Shown here: positions 52,603-64,000 of the stretch, piece by piece
Layout: every line of letters starts with the position of its first letter
How positions within the stretch are numbered: position 1 is the first letter of the stretch
Assembly (NCBI GenBank): GCA_017499595.2
Contig: CM038998.1
Span: forward strand, 2,046,001-2,110,000
Source: Psilocybe cubensis
Taxonomy: Eukaryota
Direction of reading: 5' to 3'
DNA: 64,000 bases
Made by a program: the position numbers and the translations under genes
Notes under the pieces: model-generated
Told to the model about the DNA's origin: nothing
Seen by the model: the letters and a program-made list of their open reading frames with translations, nothing else
Databases searched by the model: none

Positions 52603-52959
52603 TGTGATATGAACCAAAATGTGGGGTTTGATGTGCAGTACTTTCAGCTGGATTCAACAAAAGGACATTGAACAAGGTTATATTATCTTCTCTCCAATTG
52701 TGCAAACAGTATGATGTCTACGTTGAAAAGTGTTTGTGTTATACAACAAGATCAATCTTGTATAACATTTAGGTTGATCGACCTGGGTAGATACTTGCAG
52801 GAAACCTTGCAAATCGCCTTTCTTTGAACCTACTGTTTCATACAAACTCTCAAATCGTGTCATGTCTAATCTTCTTTCAAAGAGCAGCAGCAAAATGGTA
52901 TGCATGTATGTTGTAAAATTAAACAAAAATTCGTCGCAGTTCTCTTGGCCGTAAATGGT

Positions 52960-54617
52960 TTATCCTTGTACTTCAACATCACGTTTCTTGAGGACAAGGT
53001 CTGAGCCAGTTACTCGTTTCCATACATCCTGAACATCTTCAACAACAGTCTCGAAATGGGAGGTAGCATCGTATGAACGAGTGATGAAAATGTTATCAGT
53101 TTGTCCAGAGCTGGTGGGTGTGTATAACGGGGTGATATCGACGAATCTAAAGAGATCAAAATTAACTGAGAATCTATACAAAGGTATATGGCTTACTTGT
53201 CATAAATGGGTCCGAGTAAGTCAAGTCCGGGCCTGATCTCAAGTTCTGGTTTGTCTGTTTCTACGATAGTACTGACAATAGCGACGTAGATGTCCTTAGC
53301 ACAAACATTATGGGTGGAGGAGACCATTGCGATGTAAATGTCTAAATTACCATCAGCAGCAGTAACACACAAATGAAGATAGCTTCTGACCGTTTCGACG
53401 TCCAACTTGGTTTTGCGGGATGATGATCTGACAGCTGTCGGAATCCTCCGTCCCTGGGATTGGGTGCTTGAGGAAGCAAATAGCTCTAACAACCTTGCCC
53501 TCTTCAACAACCCTTACTTTGCCACCATCACCGCCATTGCCCCCAAAGTAGCTGGGGTCACCAATGACTTGTTTGGCTTTTACAGTTTCACCACCGCTGG
53601 TCACGCCAACAAATTTACCATCGGCGTCAGTGACAATGGCATCAATGGGCTTGTCCAACATGTAGGTACCGCCATATATAGCACTCAATCGGGCAAATGA
53701 TTGGGGAAGCTCTCCAAGACCGTACAGAGGATAGATGTATGGTGATTTCCCATACCTAGCCATGGAGGAGGTATAGAGAATGATACGGTCGTAGGTTGCA
53801 CGGGCAGGTTTTGTGATATAGCTATTGAGGGTAAGCACACATGTCAACGTACTACGAAGAGTGGTACGTACTCGTCATCCAGGTAAAGTGCCATAGCATG
53901 CCCAATGAAGTCTTGAGTTCCCGGTTCAAGTCCAAATTTCTCGTAGACAGTTTTCATACTGTCTCTATCAAGGTTGATACCTATTTCACTGGTTAAAAAA
54001 GGGGAAAGAAATATTGATTCCCTCTATGCACCTTGATGGGTAGCAGGGTCGGCATCCCTCCATCCTTGCAAAAATTCAAAGAACTTTTTGGCTCGTCTCT
54101 TTTCAAACAGACCCATCAAAGGGCTCCTAACAGCCTCCATCTCGGTACTGGGCACCTTCGATATCTTCCCATCTCGGTAAACAAAGCTTCCAGCAATCTG
54201 CTTGAACTCGAGGTATCGAGTGACATCCGTGTGGACAAGGATCTTAGTCAATTCACCAGAAGCAATAATAAACTTGGGTACGAGGTCGACGGCATAGTCG
54301 CGGTCACGACCGAGTTCCGTAGGAGGTGTTTGATTTGGACGGAATTTGCGATACAACTAACCATCCGCGTCAATGGAGCGAAGTCATTACACTTAAAAAG
54401 AACATTACCTGAGTAAGGTTCAAGCTCGCGCTGTCTCCCCCGTAATAGTCGTTTCTGTCCATATGAAGGACCTTCTTGCCTTCGACGGAAAGAAGGCCTG
54501 AGAGGATACATTCTGTCAGACCAGTGCCCAAGACGATCACCTAGGGGTTGAAGTTGGTAGGGCTCTTTTGCTTTCATTATAATTTTTATGTCGACGTACA
54601 TCGTATTCTTCATCCAT
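52960..54617 (-). CDS. GDI1: Rab GDP-dissociation inhibitor, multi-exon
   Basis: [93 protein letters not shown]. Confidence 0.97.
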
Positions 54618-55020
54618 TGGTAGTAATTTCTGGTGGATAGATGGCTGTAATTGGTGGTGGAAAGAGTGTCAAACCCAGGCGTAATCGTTGTTATGGTTAG
54701 CCTCTTTATCGATCTCCTAACGGGGTGACGGCAGCGCACGTGAATTGATCAGAGGTAATATATATTTAAATATTCGACCCACAAGTCGCGCAGGTCACTC
54801 CTGGGCGATACGATTCCTGTGATTCTCATTATCTAGCAGAAAAATCGTAGAAAAACGAAATGCACGAATAGGTGTTTCCAATACAAAAATATACAGAGAT
54901 TTGAAGCAAAGGCTGGCATGAACAAGAAATTTAAACAGGTCAAACCCCCAAGAAATTACACCACATTCTACGGTTTGGATATATAATATAATATGAACCC
55001 TTGAATCTTATCAGCCATAC

Positions 55021-56926
55021 TTAGTCCGCCTTCCCGCGTTTTACGAATGATTCTTCGCTCGAATCATAATCATATTTGCGCTTAGTTTTCGGCGGCGCCC
55101 GAGTAGGTCGAGCACACTGGAATGATGATGCAGTAGCTTTAGCCCGTTCACTGCGAAGCCTCTTGACCAGTTTCATAAGAGCTGTGTGTTGTCGTTAATT
55201 ACAATAAAATAAAATGTTCCCAACGGAGACACACCACGTTCGTTCCTGCGGTAGTATTCTCCCCATGATTTGGCAGACCTTTGAGGATACTAGAGCACTA
55301 AATCAGAACGAGCAAAATCCTTTGCGCTTGTAATACTACGCTACCTTCTCATGGTAAGGGTCCCATCGTTCTTTAGAGCTTGCAGCTTCCCAGTCGGTAA
55401 ATGCAGCAATGTATTTTGCGGTGACATAGAGATCTGCGTCGTTGAATGGTTCACCCCTTTGCCCCATTTCCTTGTCAGAGTACTGCAACAGTGGTGTCAA
55501 ATCCTCTCCATCAGAATTGTCTTCAGATTCGTCGTGCTGATCGGCGACGTCGGAACCTTCATTTGACTCTTCTTCGCTTGTGGAAATATCCTTATATTTT
55601 GGTCGACGCTTCGCAGTGACCTTCATGTCGTGTTCTTCATTTGAACTGGAATAACTTGACTTGTATTCTTCGCCTCTGGCAGCAGCTAAGATTTTATCAG
55701 GTACGTCATGGTTATTCGACCAATGAGAGGCCCACGACTGGGCGGAATGATGAGAAGCCTGTGGTATGATAAATGAGCAAGAATGTAGAACTATGCGAGA
55801 AAATCATTGCCTTTTCTGCAAGTCGTTCACATATTTCGAGTCTCGTTAGTGATGGATCCTTTTTCAAACTCCATCCGACAAATTTGATAAAAAATTCTCG
55901 GTCCTCTTTTGTATACTTGTGGCCACGCCCGCGAAGAGGTACAACATTAGTAGGCGGACTAGGTGACCGTGACGGGGGTTCGGGTATCTTGATTTCAGCA
56001 TTAGGTGCAGGAAGGCGTCCACCAAAAACCGGAGATGGTGCCGTGAGACTGTTAATAGTATTTCGACGTCCTGGTTGCGGTTGATCTGTAACAATGGGTG
56101 GTGTTGAATGTTGACTAGACCTCTTTTTAGGGCGTTTAGACGGAACTGGAACGGAGACACGCGAAAACGAAGTTTGAGACGCTTCCCGCCTGAAGGATGA
56201 AGGCGAAGGTTTCCTGGCTGTTGGCAATGGTCTTTTTTGTTCAGAAGGTGTAGAATGCTTGTTAGCGTTCAAGGAAGAAGACCCTTCTTTTTCTTTCTCC
56301 TTTTCTTTCTGAAGGCACATTGATATCCATGCATCTAGACGAACTCGATGGTCAAGATAATAGTCTTTCCAAAGACTCGCAGAATGGCCATTTTTCTAAT
56401 TCAATCCGGTCAGTGAATATAATAATAGAGCCTAGGATAACATAAATACCCCATGCAGACTATTCAAAGCATCTTTGTAGCTTTCCTGCCGTCTCGCGCT
56501 GCTAAGTAGTTTTGTGAGCAATGTGGGCTCATCGGATGCTTCTACGGGGTTCGACATTGCCATCGCTTCCTGTAAAATCTGTGTGGGCAACACATTAAGC
56601 GACATGGCCATGGCACCTGGAAATGCTTGCGGGGGAGGCATCTGATTCGCCCAAGAGCCAGTGTTGAACTGTTGTTGGTTCTGAAGGGATGCAGCGTTGC
56701 CACTGAACTGAGGATTGTTCATTTGCATCATTAGATCTTGCCATTGGTGCTGGGATCCATGGTGTTGCATTGATTGCGGCATCTGTAATTGCTGCTGCTG
56801 AAGGTTTGGGGAGAAATGATGTTGATTCGTACGCATTGCACCAAAATCGTTGTAGACGTCTGAACTTGTTGACGCGACATTATCAGGGCGATAACCATTC
56901 ATCGCATGGTGGCCCTCGGGATTCAT
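55021..56926 (-). CDS. Putative nuclear protein with a Q/M-rich N-terminus and three Rap1-Myb-like repeats, multi-exon
   Basis: Three repeats end in HSASLWKDYY, HHSAQSWASHW and QRSAKSWGEYY. Two are preceded by KYTKED / PFNDAD. Acidic and basic low-complexity linkers. Confidence 0.6.
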
Positions 56927-57159
56927 GGATCAAGCAGCAAGCGTAGAAATATCAAGAGCAATGGAAATGTACAACACACAGTAAACGAGAGAAAGCAAGA
57001 ATCACGTAGCAGTGAGAGAGTATAGGACAGAAACCAAACCGTCGACCTCGACCTTTCGAAGTTCGAACTTTTAAAGTGAACCCGAAATATTTTCGCTTCC
57101 CACTGGCTAAATTCAAACTTCAAAGGGCGACTTCTGGGCACAAGAGCGCCTCCAGTCAT

Positions 57160-57168
57160 TCACGTGAC
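57160..57168. promoter_or_regulatory. E-box TCACGTGAC in the divergent promoter between the Myb-like gene and MMSDH
   Basis: Exact palindromic TCACGTGA with a nearby TCACGA half-site. Related CACGTGA sites occur in four other intergenic regions. Confidence 0.4.
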
Positions 57169-57266
57169 TGATCACGACTGCCTTCCCATGTTCCGGCTCG
57201 TTATATGAACTCAGTCGCCGCCGGACCATCCTAAGCGTGCTTCCAGCCATCTTATTATTCCCAACC

Positions 57267-59720
57267 ATGGCCATACGCAGCATTCCTCTTCTCAGACCTC
57301 TGCGGGCGAAATCCTTTCATTCCTCTGCCAGTTTCAAAGCACTAAGTGCTGTGGCTTTGCCCAAGGCCGAACAGATCTCAGCTAACTGGAAAGGCACCAA
57401 CGCCACGGGTGGGTCAACCAAGAACTTCATTGGCGGAGAGTTTGTAGAGAGTAAAAGTAGCGAGTGGATTGATGTCCACGATCCGGTACTGTAGTTCGTC
57501 CCGTGCATCTTTTCTTGTGCAGCTGATATCTAGGAGTATCTATTAGTCTACTCAAACGCTACTTACTCGCGTTCCCCAAACCACCGAGTCTGAATTTCAA
57601 GCTGCGGTTGATGCTGCATCGCAGGCTTTCAAGACATGGAGCCGTACAAGCGTGATTTCACGTCAAAGATTCGTTCTTGAGTGCGTCAATGTTCCTTGAT
57701 TCTTCCCCGCATTATAAAAAACACCGAAAACTAATACAGGGGTCACACGTAGGCTGCAACACTTGATCCGCCAAAACTCGGACGCCATTGCCAATAGTAT
57801 TGTGTTAGAGCAAGGCAAAACCATAGCAGGTTCTCCAAGGCTAAGATAAATATCCTTCCTAATATTAACGGTCTATTTATAGATGCTCATGGGGATATCC
57901 TCCGCGGTTTGCAAGTCGTCGAAACAGCAGCGGGAATAACATCGACGCTCCTTGGTGATAAAATTGAAGGTTAATTTAACCAACAACGCTCCCGATATGG
58001 TTCTTTCTGAATAACAATGATAGTCAGCAAAGACATGGATACCGAGGTTAGGAGAGTGCCATTGGGTGTTTGTGCTAGCATTGCACCGTTTAATTTTCCT
58101 GCGTTAGTTGGATAATTGATCCTGATAGAACAATACTAATGCAAATTTTAAAGCATGATCCCTCTATGGACTATACCAATGGCTGCAGTTACCGGAAATA
58201 CTCTCATCTTGAAACCTTCAGAACGTGATCCAGGTGCAGCTATGATGATCGCAGAACTTTGCCAACGTGCTGGTCGGTGAAGGTTTCTCTATATATATGT
58301 TTAAATATCTTACAATAAGTTCAGGTCTTCCTGATGGTGTCTTGAATGTTGTCCATGGCGGTGTACCTACCGTCAATTCTATATGTGACGATGCTGCTAT
58401 CAAAGCGATCAGCTTTGTAGGAGGCGACCGCGCTGGAAAGCACATATACGAGAGGGGGACCCTGAACGGTAAACGAGTTCAGGTAAGGTGTTACTTGCAG
58501 ATGTTTCTGGCATATTGCCAATTTGTTCATTAGGCCAACCTTGGAGCGAAAAACCATGCCATTCTTATGCCAGACGGTTCGTTCACCAAAGATCTTCTAA
58601 GCTAGATATTATTTTCTCATTTCCAATTCACAGCGAATAAGAATCTTGCAATTAACTCGATCGTGGGGGCAGCCTTTGGAGGTAGGAATCATTTTCTGTT
58701 TGTTTGTACCAAAGCTAATTCCCCAAAGCTGCTGGACAACGCTGTATGGCTATTTCTGTCGGTAAGGTTTAGCTATGGGTACCAGGGCTTATGATGTCTC
58801 ACAAATTTTGTAGCGGTGATCGTAGGAGACTCTTCTGCTTGGTTGCCTGGACTCGTGGAACGGGCCCAATTGCTCAAAGTAAATGGCGGTTTCGAACAGG
58901 GCGCTGATCTGTTAGTAGCTGCCATTATATGACAAAGGAAAAACATTAACACGATGGTATAGAGGACCTCTCATTTCCCCTGGAGCTAAGGCCAGGGTCA
59001 CTGAGCTCATAACCTCAGCTGAAGCAGATGGCGGTAAGATCATTCTTGATGGTCGCAACTTCAAGGCTCCAGAATTGTACCCCTATGGAAATTTTGTGGG
59101 TCCAACAATTATTGTAGGCGACACATCGATGAAATGCTACCAGTGCGACAACTTTCTCTTCGCTCAATTTGGTTTTACTTATTTTGTAATTAGAACGGAA
59201 ATCTTTGGCCCGGTCTTGGTAGTTCTGCAAGCCAATACCTTGGATGAAGCAATTGAAATTATCAACAACAACCGTTATGGAAACGGAGCAGCAATTTTCA
59301 CGCAATCCGGAGCTACTGCAAGGCGTTTTGAGACTGAGGTCAACGTTGGGCAAATTGGGATTAACGTCCCAATTCCTGTCCCTCTGCCTATGTTTGCCTG
59401 GAGTGGTAATAAGGTTAGACATTTCTTTACTCTTTATATCTTACCTGTTCATTGTGCTTGGTTCAGGGAAGCTTCCTCGGTGACATAGGATTTTATGGTA
59501 AAAGGTAAATGATTACAAGCACATTTGATCTCCTGAAAAAGGTTTTCTAATTACACCATGCAACAGCGGTATCAACTTCTATACTCAAAATAAGGTTTGT
59601 GTCATAAATCTGTAAACTCCATCAAATTTTAATGATACCTCATAGACAACGACCAGTCTATGGAGAGCAGAAGATGCAGTCGGCAACCGCGCTTCTGTCA
59701 ACATGCCAACTCATAGCTAA
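57267..59720 (+). CDS. Methylmalonate-semialdehyde dehydrogenase (ALDH6 family), mitochondrial, many exons
   Basis: [83 protein letters not shown]. Confidence 0.93.
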
Positions 59721-59812
59721 GGATTATATACCGTTCTATCTATGTATCTATTTGTTATCAGATGTCAGTTAACTCTCTGAGGGCCGTTGTGATTTAGTTC
59801 CAACGTTACCAT

Positions 59813-60542
59813 TCATGATTTCGAATCCTTTGTCGTGACTTCGTCTAAGAATGCATTCGACAATCGAACGCACTGCTGGTACACCTTCTCAAAGTCAGAC
59901 TAGCACAAATTGAGAAAACAGTACTCATTGACTCTAGTGCTGGCACACGTACCATACCGCCGTAATAAGGATCTGGAATAGGTTTATTGTCAAGATATGA
60001 ACCCCAGAGTCGTACATCGGCAGTGGTATTAGAAGGTTTGATTCTATTGAGGTTCTGAAGGTTGCTTTCGTCGGATGCAAGAATATGCGTGAACCGAACA
60101 AAGTCAGAGGTTGCAACCTGGCGAGCATAGCTGTCTATGGGGACATTGTGCTGATAAAAGAGTGTCAACGAGTAGTACCACATCGTGCAGCGAAATATTT
60201 GTTACTTTCTGGCAGATTGCCACCGTTCTAGGGAAGAGTATGTAAAAGGTCAATACTACTGACATGCAAGATATGTGGCGTGCTCTCAAGTGCACATAGG
60301 ACAAACCTTTCGTCGGGTGATTCACCAACATGATATCCAGCTGTTCCACAGCTATCGACGACTATTTCAATACCCCGTTTACGAGCAACTTCCTTCAAAA
60401 CCGCCTCGCCCATCGGTGAACGACATATATTTCCTGATAAGATTTATTTGATTCCTCAGCTTGTTTCTAATTCATGCATCGGAAGGGAGCTCATGCCTAA
60501 ACATACGACAAGCGCCCTGATTTGTGAAGAAGAATCAGGCAT
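59813..60542 (-). CDS. LTP1: Low-molecular-weight protein tyrosine phosphatase, 5 exons
   Basis: Spliced P-loop VCLG/NICRSPMGE, DSCGTAGYHVGESPDER, ARQV, IPDPYYG. Confidence 0.92.
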
Positions 60543-60732
60543 CGACAGGAGTTGAATGTGAGAATTATTGATTGGTTAGAGATCAAAGATGAATTGCCTA
60601 GAGTTACCTGATAAGGTGGAAGCCGATCGGGTGCTAACCAGAAACCAATAAAAATATGTTCGTCATGATAGCGTTCACTGCTGCAAAAACCTCTCTAACC
60701 TCTTAGTAAGACTTGTCGACATTTAACATACT

Positions 60733-61839
60733 ATGCCCTCTCCCCCGATAACGCTGTATATGACCACGATTGCCTCCCAGCCTGTGCTTAGGCAACGGCA
60801 AGGCAAGGCTTTTCCTCGCCCAAAGGAGCCCCGATTAGAACGAGTGCCAGCAATCTGACATACTGCGTCTTTTGGCAGAGTACATATTCCGCATTTTGCA
60901 GGCCAAAAAGATACCCTTTAATACCTATGATTTGGCGTCGGACGAAGAAGCGAAGCGCCTATGGAGAAGGAAGGCACCTCTTGGTAACATCTGGATTCGT
61001 GTCTCTGGAGGTCACCTTTGGCTGATGAATTACATACATGCAGACAAGCAGCAGCTTCCTGGCATACTTGTTGGTGGGAAGTTCCCTGGTGTATGTTCCA
61101 TGCAATTTGTCTAACAGAATTAAACTAAATCCAGAATGCAGACCTTCTCAGAGTTGTGAGCCTTTTGCATCGTTCCATTACAAAGTACACGCAATCGCCT
61201 AAATACCAAACCCCTACGCTGCACAGTGAAGATGCCGTTGAGCATGATGAACTGGACATATTCCTCAGGCTTAAAGAAAACTGGGACCCTGCCATTGATG
61301 AAGACAGGCCGCCCCCCGAAGTTAAACCCGTCGGCGTCCCAGGGGCTGCCTCTCCCATGCAAATGACTCCTGACCATCTCAAACCCAAGTTCTATCCGAA
61401 GACCCAGGCCCCATCTCCCCTCAAAGGAAAGTCTATCCCGGTCAACAAACGGGTAGGCGAGCTTGACATGGGGGACGAACTGAGTGGCTTTGGATTGCAG
61501 GGAGTAAAGGTTACGGAGGACGAGCTGCGGGATTTAATTGCAGATCTGGGGCTGGATGGTGATGAAGCTGGTGATCTCGCAGCCGGGTTATCTGAGATGA
61601 CGACTCCTGTTCAAGGCCTGAAGCTAGGTGGTAAGACATCGTCTGTGCAAGAACTAGACAAGAAGAAGAAAGAGGAGGCAGCAAAAGCAGTGACTGCGGA
61701 GGATGCATCATTTTCAAAGAACACAGAATCTGCAAAGATAAACGAAGCAAGCGAAGACACAGCCAACCAAGAAGCGGCTTCCAAACCAACCGCCCGCGAG
61801 GTCGAAGAAAAGCTCGATATTGTAGATGCGAAACCTTAA
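60733..61839 (+). CDS. SH3BGR/glutaredoxin-like (thioredoxin-fold, no CxxC) protein with an acidic C-terminal extension, 5 exons
   Basis: ITLYMTTIASQPVLRQRQEYIFRILQAKKIPFNTYDLASDEEAKRLWRRK...LPGILVGGKFPGTFSEFEDAVEHDELDIFLRL matches the SH3BGR pattern. Confidence 0.78.
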
Positions 61840-61974
61840 CACCACGATTGTAGGACTTTGGATACCAAGACCTTCAAGGTTGGAAAGTTAAAATACGGGA
61901 CTACAATGTATTACTATGTGATTTTTTAAGGAAATTGGCATTCTGATGGCAGAGAATCTTATGATTAGTATCAA

Positions 61975-63228
61975 TCATTCTTCATCCGACTGAGCAGCCA
62001 GTTTTGTAGGACGTCTTCGAAGACTTTTTGTAGAACCGTCGTCTTCTGGGATAATGTTTTGCGCACTTTCCTCTACCTTGATCTTTATCCGGAATAATTG
62101 AGGATTCAGAACAATCCCAGTTTGTTTGAAACTCACCTCTTTGTCATCTGAGGATTTGACAGACCTTGAACGTCTTCTTCTGCTAGTCCTCCTCCCTCGC
62201 CTGGATTCGGGGATATCCACTGATTGCAACTGTGTCTTTTCGACCTTGACTTCCGACGTATCTTCTTCTTCTTCTTCTGCCTGTGGTGCCGGTAGTAGAA
62301 GGGGAAGAATACAAGTACCGAGAATGGCACTCAATATACAAAGAAAAATGCCTCCTGATACCAGAGCAGAAATCAATGGGAACCGGATAGCCAAACCACT
62401 GAAAAGCAAAAAAATAATAATATCAGGATCAATCTGTTCTAAGGTCGTAGAAGTACTTTACCGAATGCCATGAGGCACAACCAAACCCTGCAGGCTCGCA
62501 GAGGCGACATTAACTTCACGGCCATAACCTTGGCCTAGAGTAGTCCAACTGTCATGTCGACCAATCTCAACTTTTGCAGCTAAATTCGCCTTTCCAGCAA
62601 TGAAAGACTGCAGCATAGGGATTTTGACCTTGTCGATAGTTTTACTAGAGAGCCAAAAAGGATTCCGTGCCGGCAGGACTATGGCCTTTGATGTACTTGA
62701 GACCTCTGCCACTGAATGAAAACAAAGGGCGCCTGCTTACAGGCCTTCGGACGTATTCCAGAGTTTTGTTGTTCAGAGTCGACAGGGTGAGAGACGCCAT
62801 GAAATTTCCCAGTTGAATGTTAGCTTCGGTACAAGGGAGAATGAGGTTGACAGATATGTCGTAACGCTGGTTTGGAACGAGAGACGGCAGAAAGACGAAA
62901 GCATACGGAGGCACACCGTCTCTATGCAGAAGACACATAAGGGCAAAGTAAGCATAGGAGAGAGGGAAGAGACATACCCATACTGTAGATACAATGGGAC
63001 TTGCCAGCTAACTGAGAGACTGGACCATACTACATAGGCAGCCGAGAAGGAAAGCAGGAGAACAAGGGGAATGAACAAGGAGCAGACGAAAAGAGGGACG
63101 AGCCTGGGGGCGAACGGGCGGAGAGCAGGCAGGACAGTGGCAAGGAACGCGATGAACACGGTGAACGGAAGATAGACGACGGCGGCGAGCACGCTACGAC
63201 GTGGTTTGGCTGGCTCTGGAAGGGACAT
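61975..63228 (-). CDS. Seipin (BSCL2/Fld1 family), multi-exon
   Basis: TM1, VPLYLQYG, QRYDISVNLILPCTEANIQLGNFMASL, GLVVPHGIRGLAIRFPLIS, TM2, charged tail. Confidence 0.88.
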
Positions 63229-63309
63229 TGGGGCAGGGAAAGATGAGAGGCGAGGACACGTGAACGTGAACAGGCGCGGCAACAGTTAAAAGGTTGACAA
63301 CCTCCATCC

Positions 63310-63945
63310 ATGTCCGATATCAGGCAGCTTCTTGGTCTGCATCCTCATTCTCCCCGTCTCGCAGATTTCCTCCTCTCCATCGCACTCCCTGTCCCAGTCG
63401 TCCCGGAGGTCAAATCATATCCGGATGCAGTCTATTTCAATTACTTTTCCCTTGGTCTTAGCATCTTGTTCTCCCCGACAGGCGGATACAAACCAGCCCC
63501 ATCCCTCAAGCTAACCGATCTCAAGAATGACAGCCTTGTTCTGGACAGCATTTACATCTACAATGTCCCAAAACCAACCGAACACCGAGCAAAGGGTACA
63601 TCTGCACGTGCTGCCGAGCTGGCTTTTTCCACTTTCCCCATTTCCCCGCTCATTTTGCCAATCAATCCCGTTGCACACGATAAAGATGGCAAGGCGAGAG
63701 ATCGCCTTCCTAATCTCGAAATCCGTCCGCAGACAACAGGCAAGGATTTTGTGCAAATCTTGGGAGAGCCAGATCGGAAAGGTGGAGGTGCAGGCCCCTC
63801 GTCTGGTTCTATCGGTATCTGGTGTGAGTGGTCGAAGGATGGGATAATGGTCGAATTCGGCGGCGATGAAGCCAAAGGTCCTCAAGCATGGGAACGAGGG
63901 AAGGATGCCGTTTGGAAAATCATCACTATCTTTTCCCCAGCTTAG
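63310..63945 (+). CDS. Hypothetical protein, 211 aa, single exon
   Basis: Uninterrupted ATG-to-TAG ORF with globular-looking sequence (DAVYFNYFSLGLSILF; TTGKDFVQILGEPDRKGGG; IWCEWSKDGIMVEF). Function not recognised. Confidence 0.7.
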   Translation: MSDIRQLLGLHPHSPRLADFLLSIALPVPVVPEVKSYPDAVYFNYFSLGLSILFSPTGGYKPAPSLKLTDLKNDSLVLDSIYIYNVPKPTEHRAKGTSARAAELAFSTFPISPLILPINPVAHDKDGKARDRLPNLEIRPQTTGKDFVQILGEPDRKGGGAGPSSGSIGIWCEWSKDGIMVEFGGDEAKGPQAWERGKDAVWKIITIFSPA

Positions 63946-64000
63946 TGGCACAAGGCCCCTATGTACAGTATTATTACTACGACCGTGTAAATGAACATGT

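Noticed and set aside
1-64000. Transposons, CRISPR arrays, rRNA/tRNA genes or a secondary-metabolite cluster
   Set aside because: I saw no transposase, RT or integrase motifs, terminal repeats, repeat-spacer arrays or PKS/NRPS/terpene synthase genes. Almost all sequence is accounted for by host genes with short spacers.

Overview
Gene-dense, intron-rich fungal nuclear DNA. The ~50-60 nt introns with CTRAC-type branch points and the gene repertoire point to a basidiomycete, probably an Agaricomycete (inference). I can support 29 protein-coding genes: RPN5 (partial), RSM25/mS23, a catalytically degenerate RNase III-dsRBD protein, a Rad5-like SNF2/RING helicase, a ThrE/DUF1212 exporter, a Zn2Cys6 factor, a REEP/YOP1-family protein, SEC3, a homeodomain protein, glucosylceramide synthase, a peroxisomal thiolase, a membrane-anchored heparinase II/III-like lyase, a Mid2-like sensor, Ima1, a SNAP43-like protein, KRE6/SKN1, a UBE2O-like E2, an F-box protein, ARG2, a carnitine carrier, a fasciclin protein, RAV1, GDI1, a Rap1-Myb-like repeat protein, MMSDH, LMW-PTP, an SH3BGR-like protein, seipin and a hypothetical protein. 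I saw no transposon, rRNA, tRNA, CRISPR array or secondary-metabolite cluster. The most unusual signals concern splicing. The thiolase has an apparent AT-AC intron with U2-type signals inside its catalytic motif. There are also at least seven GC-AG introns, two of them in functionally critical motifs, and micro-exons of 7-8 nt. Gene spans are hand-spliced, so some boundaries are approximate.
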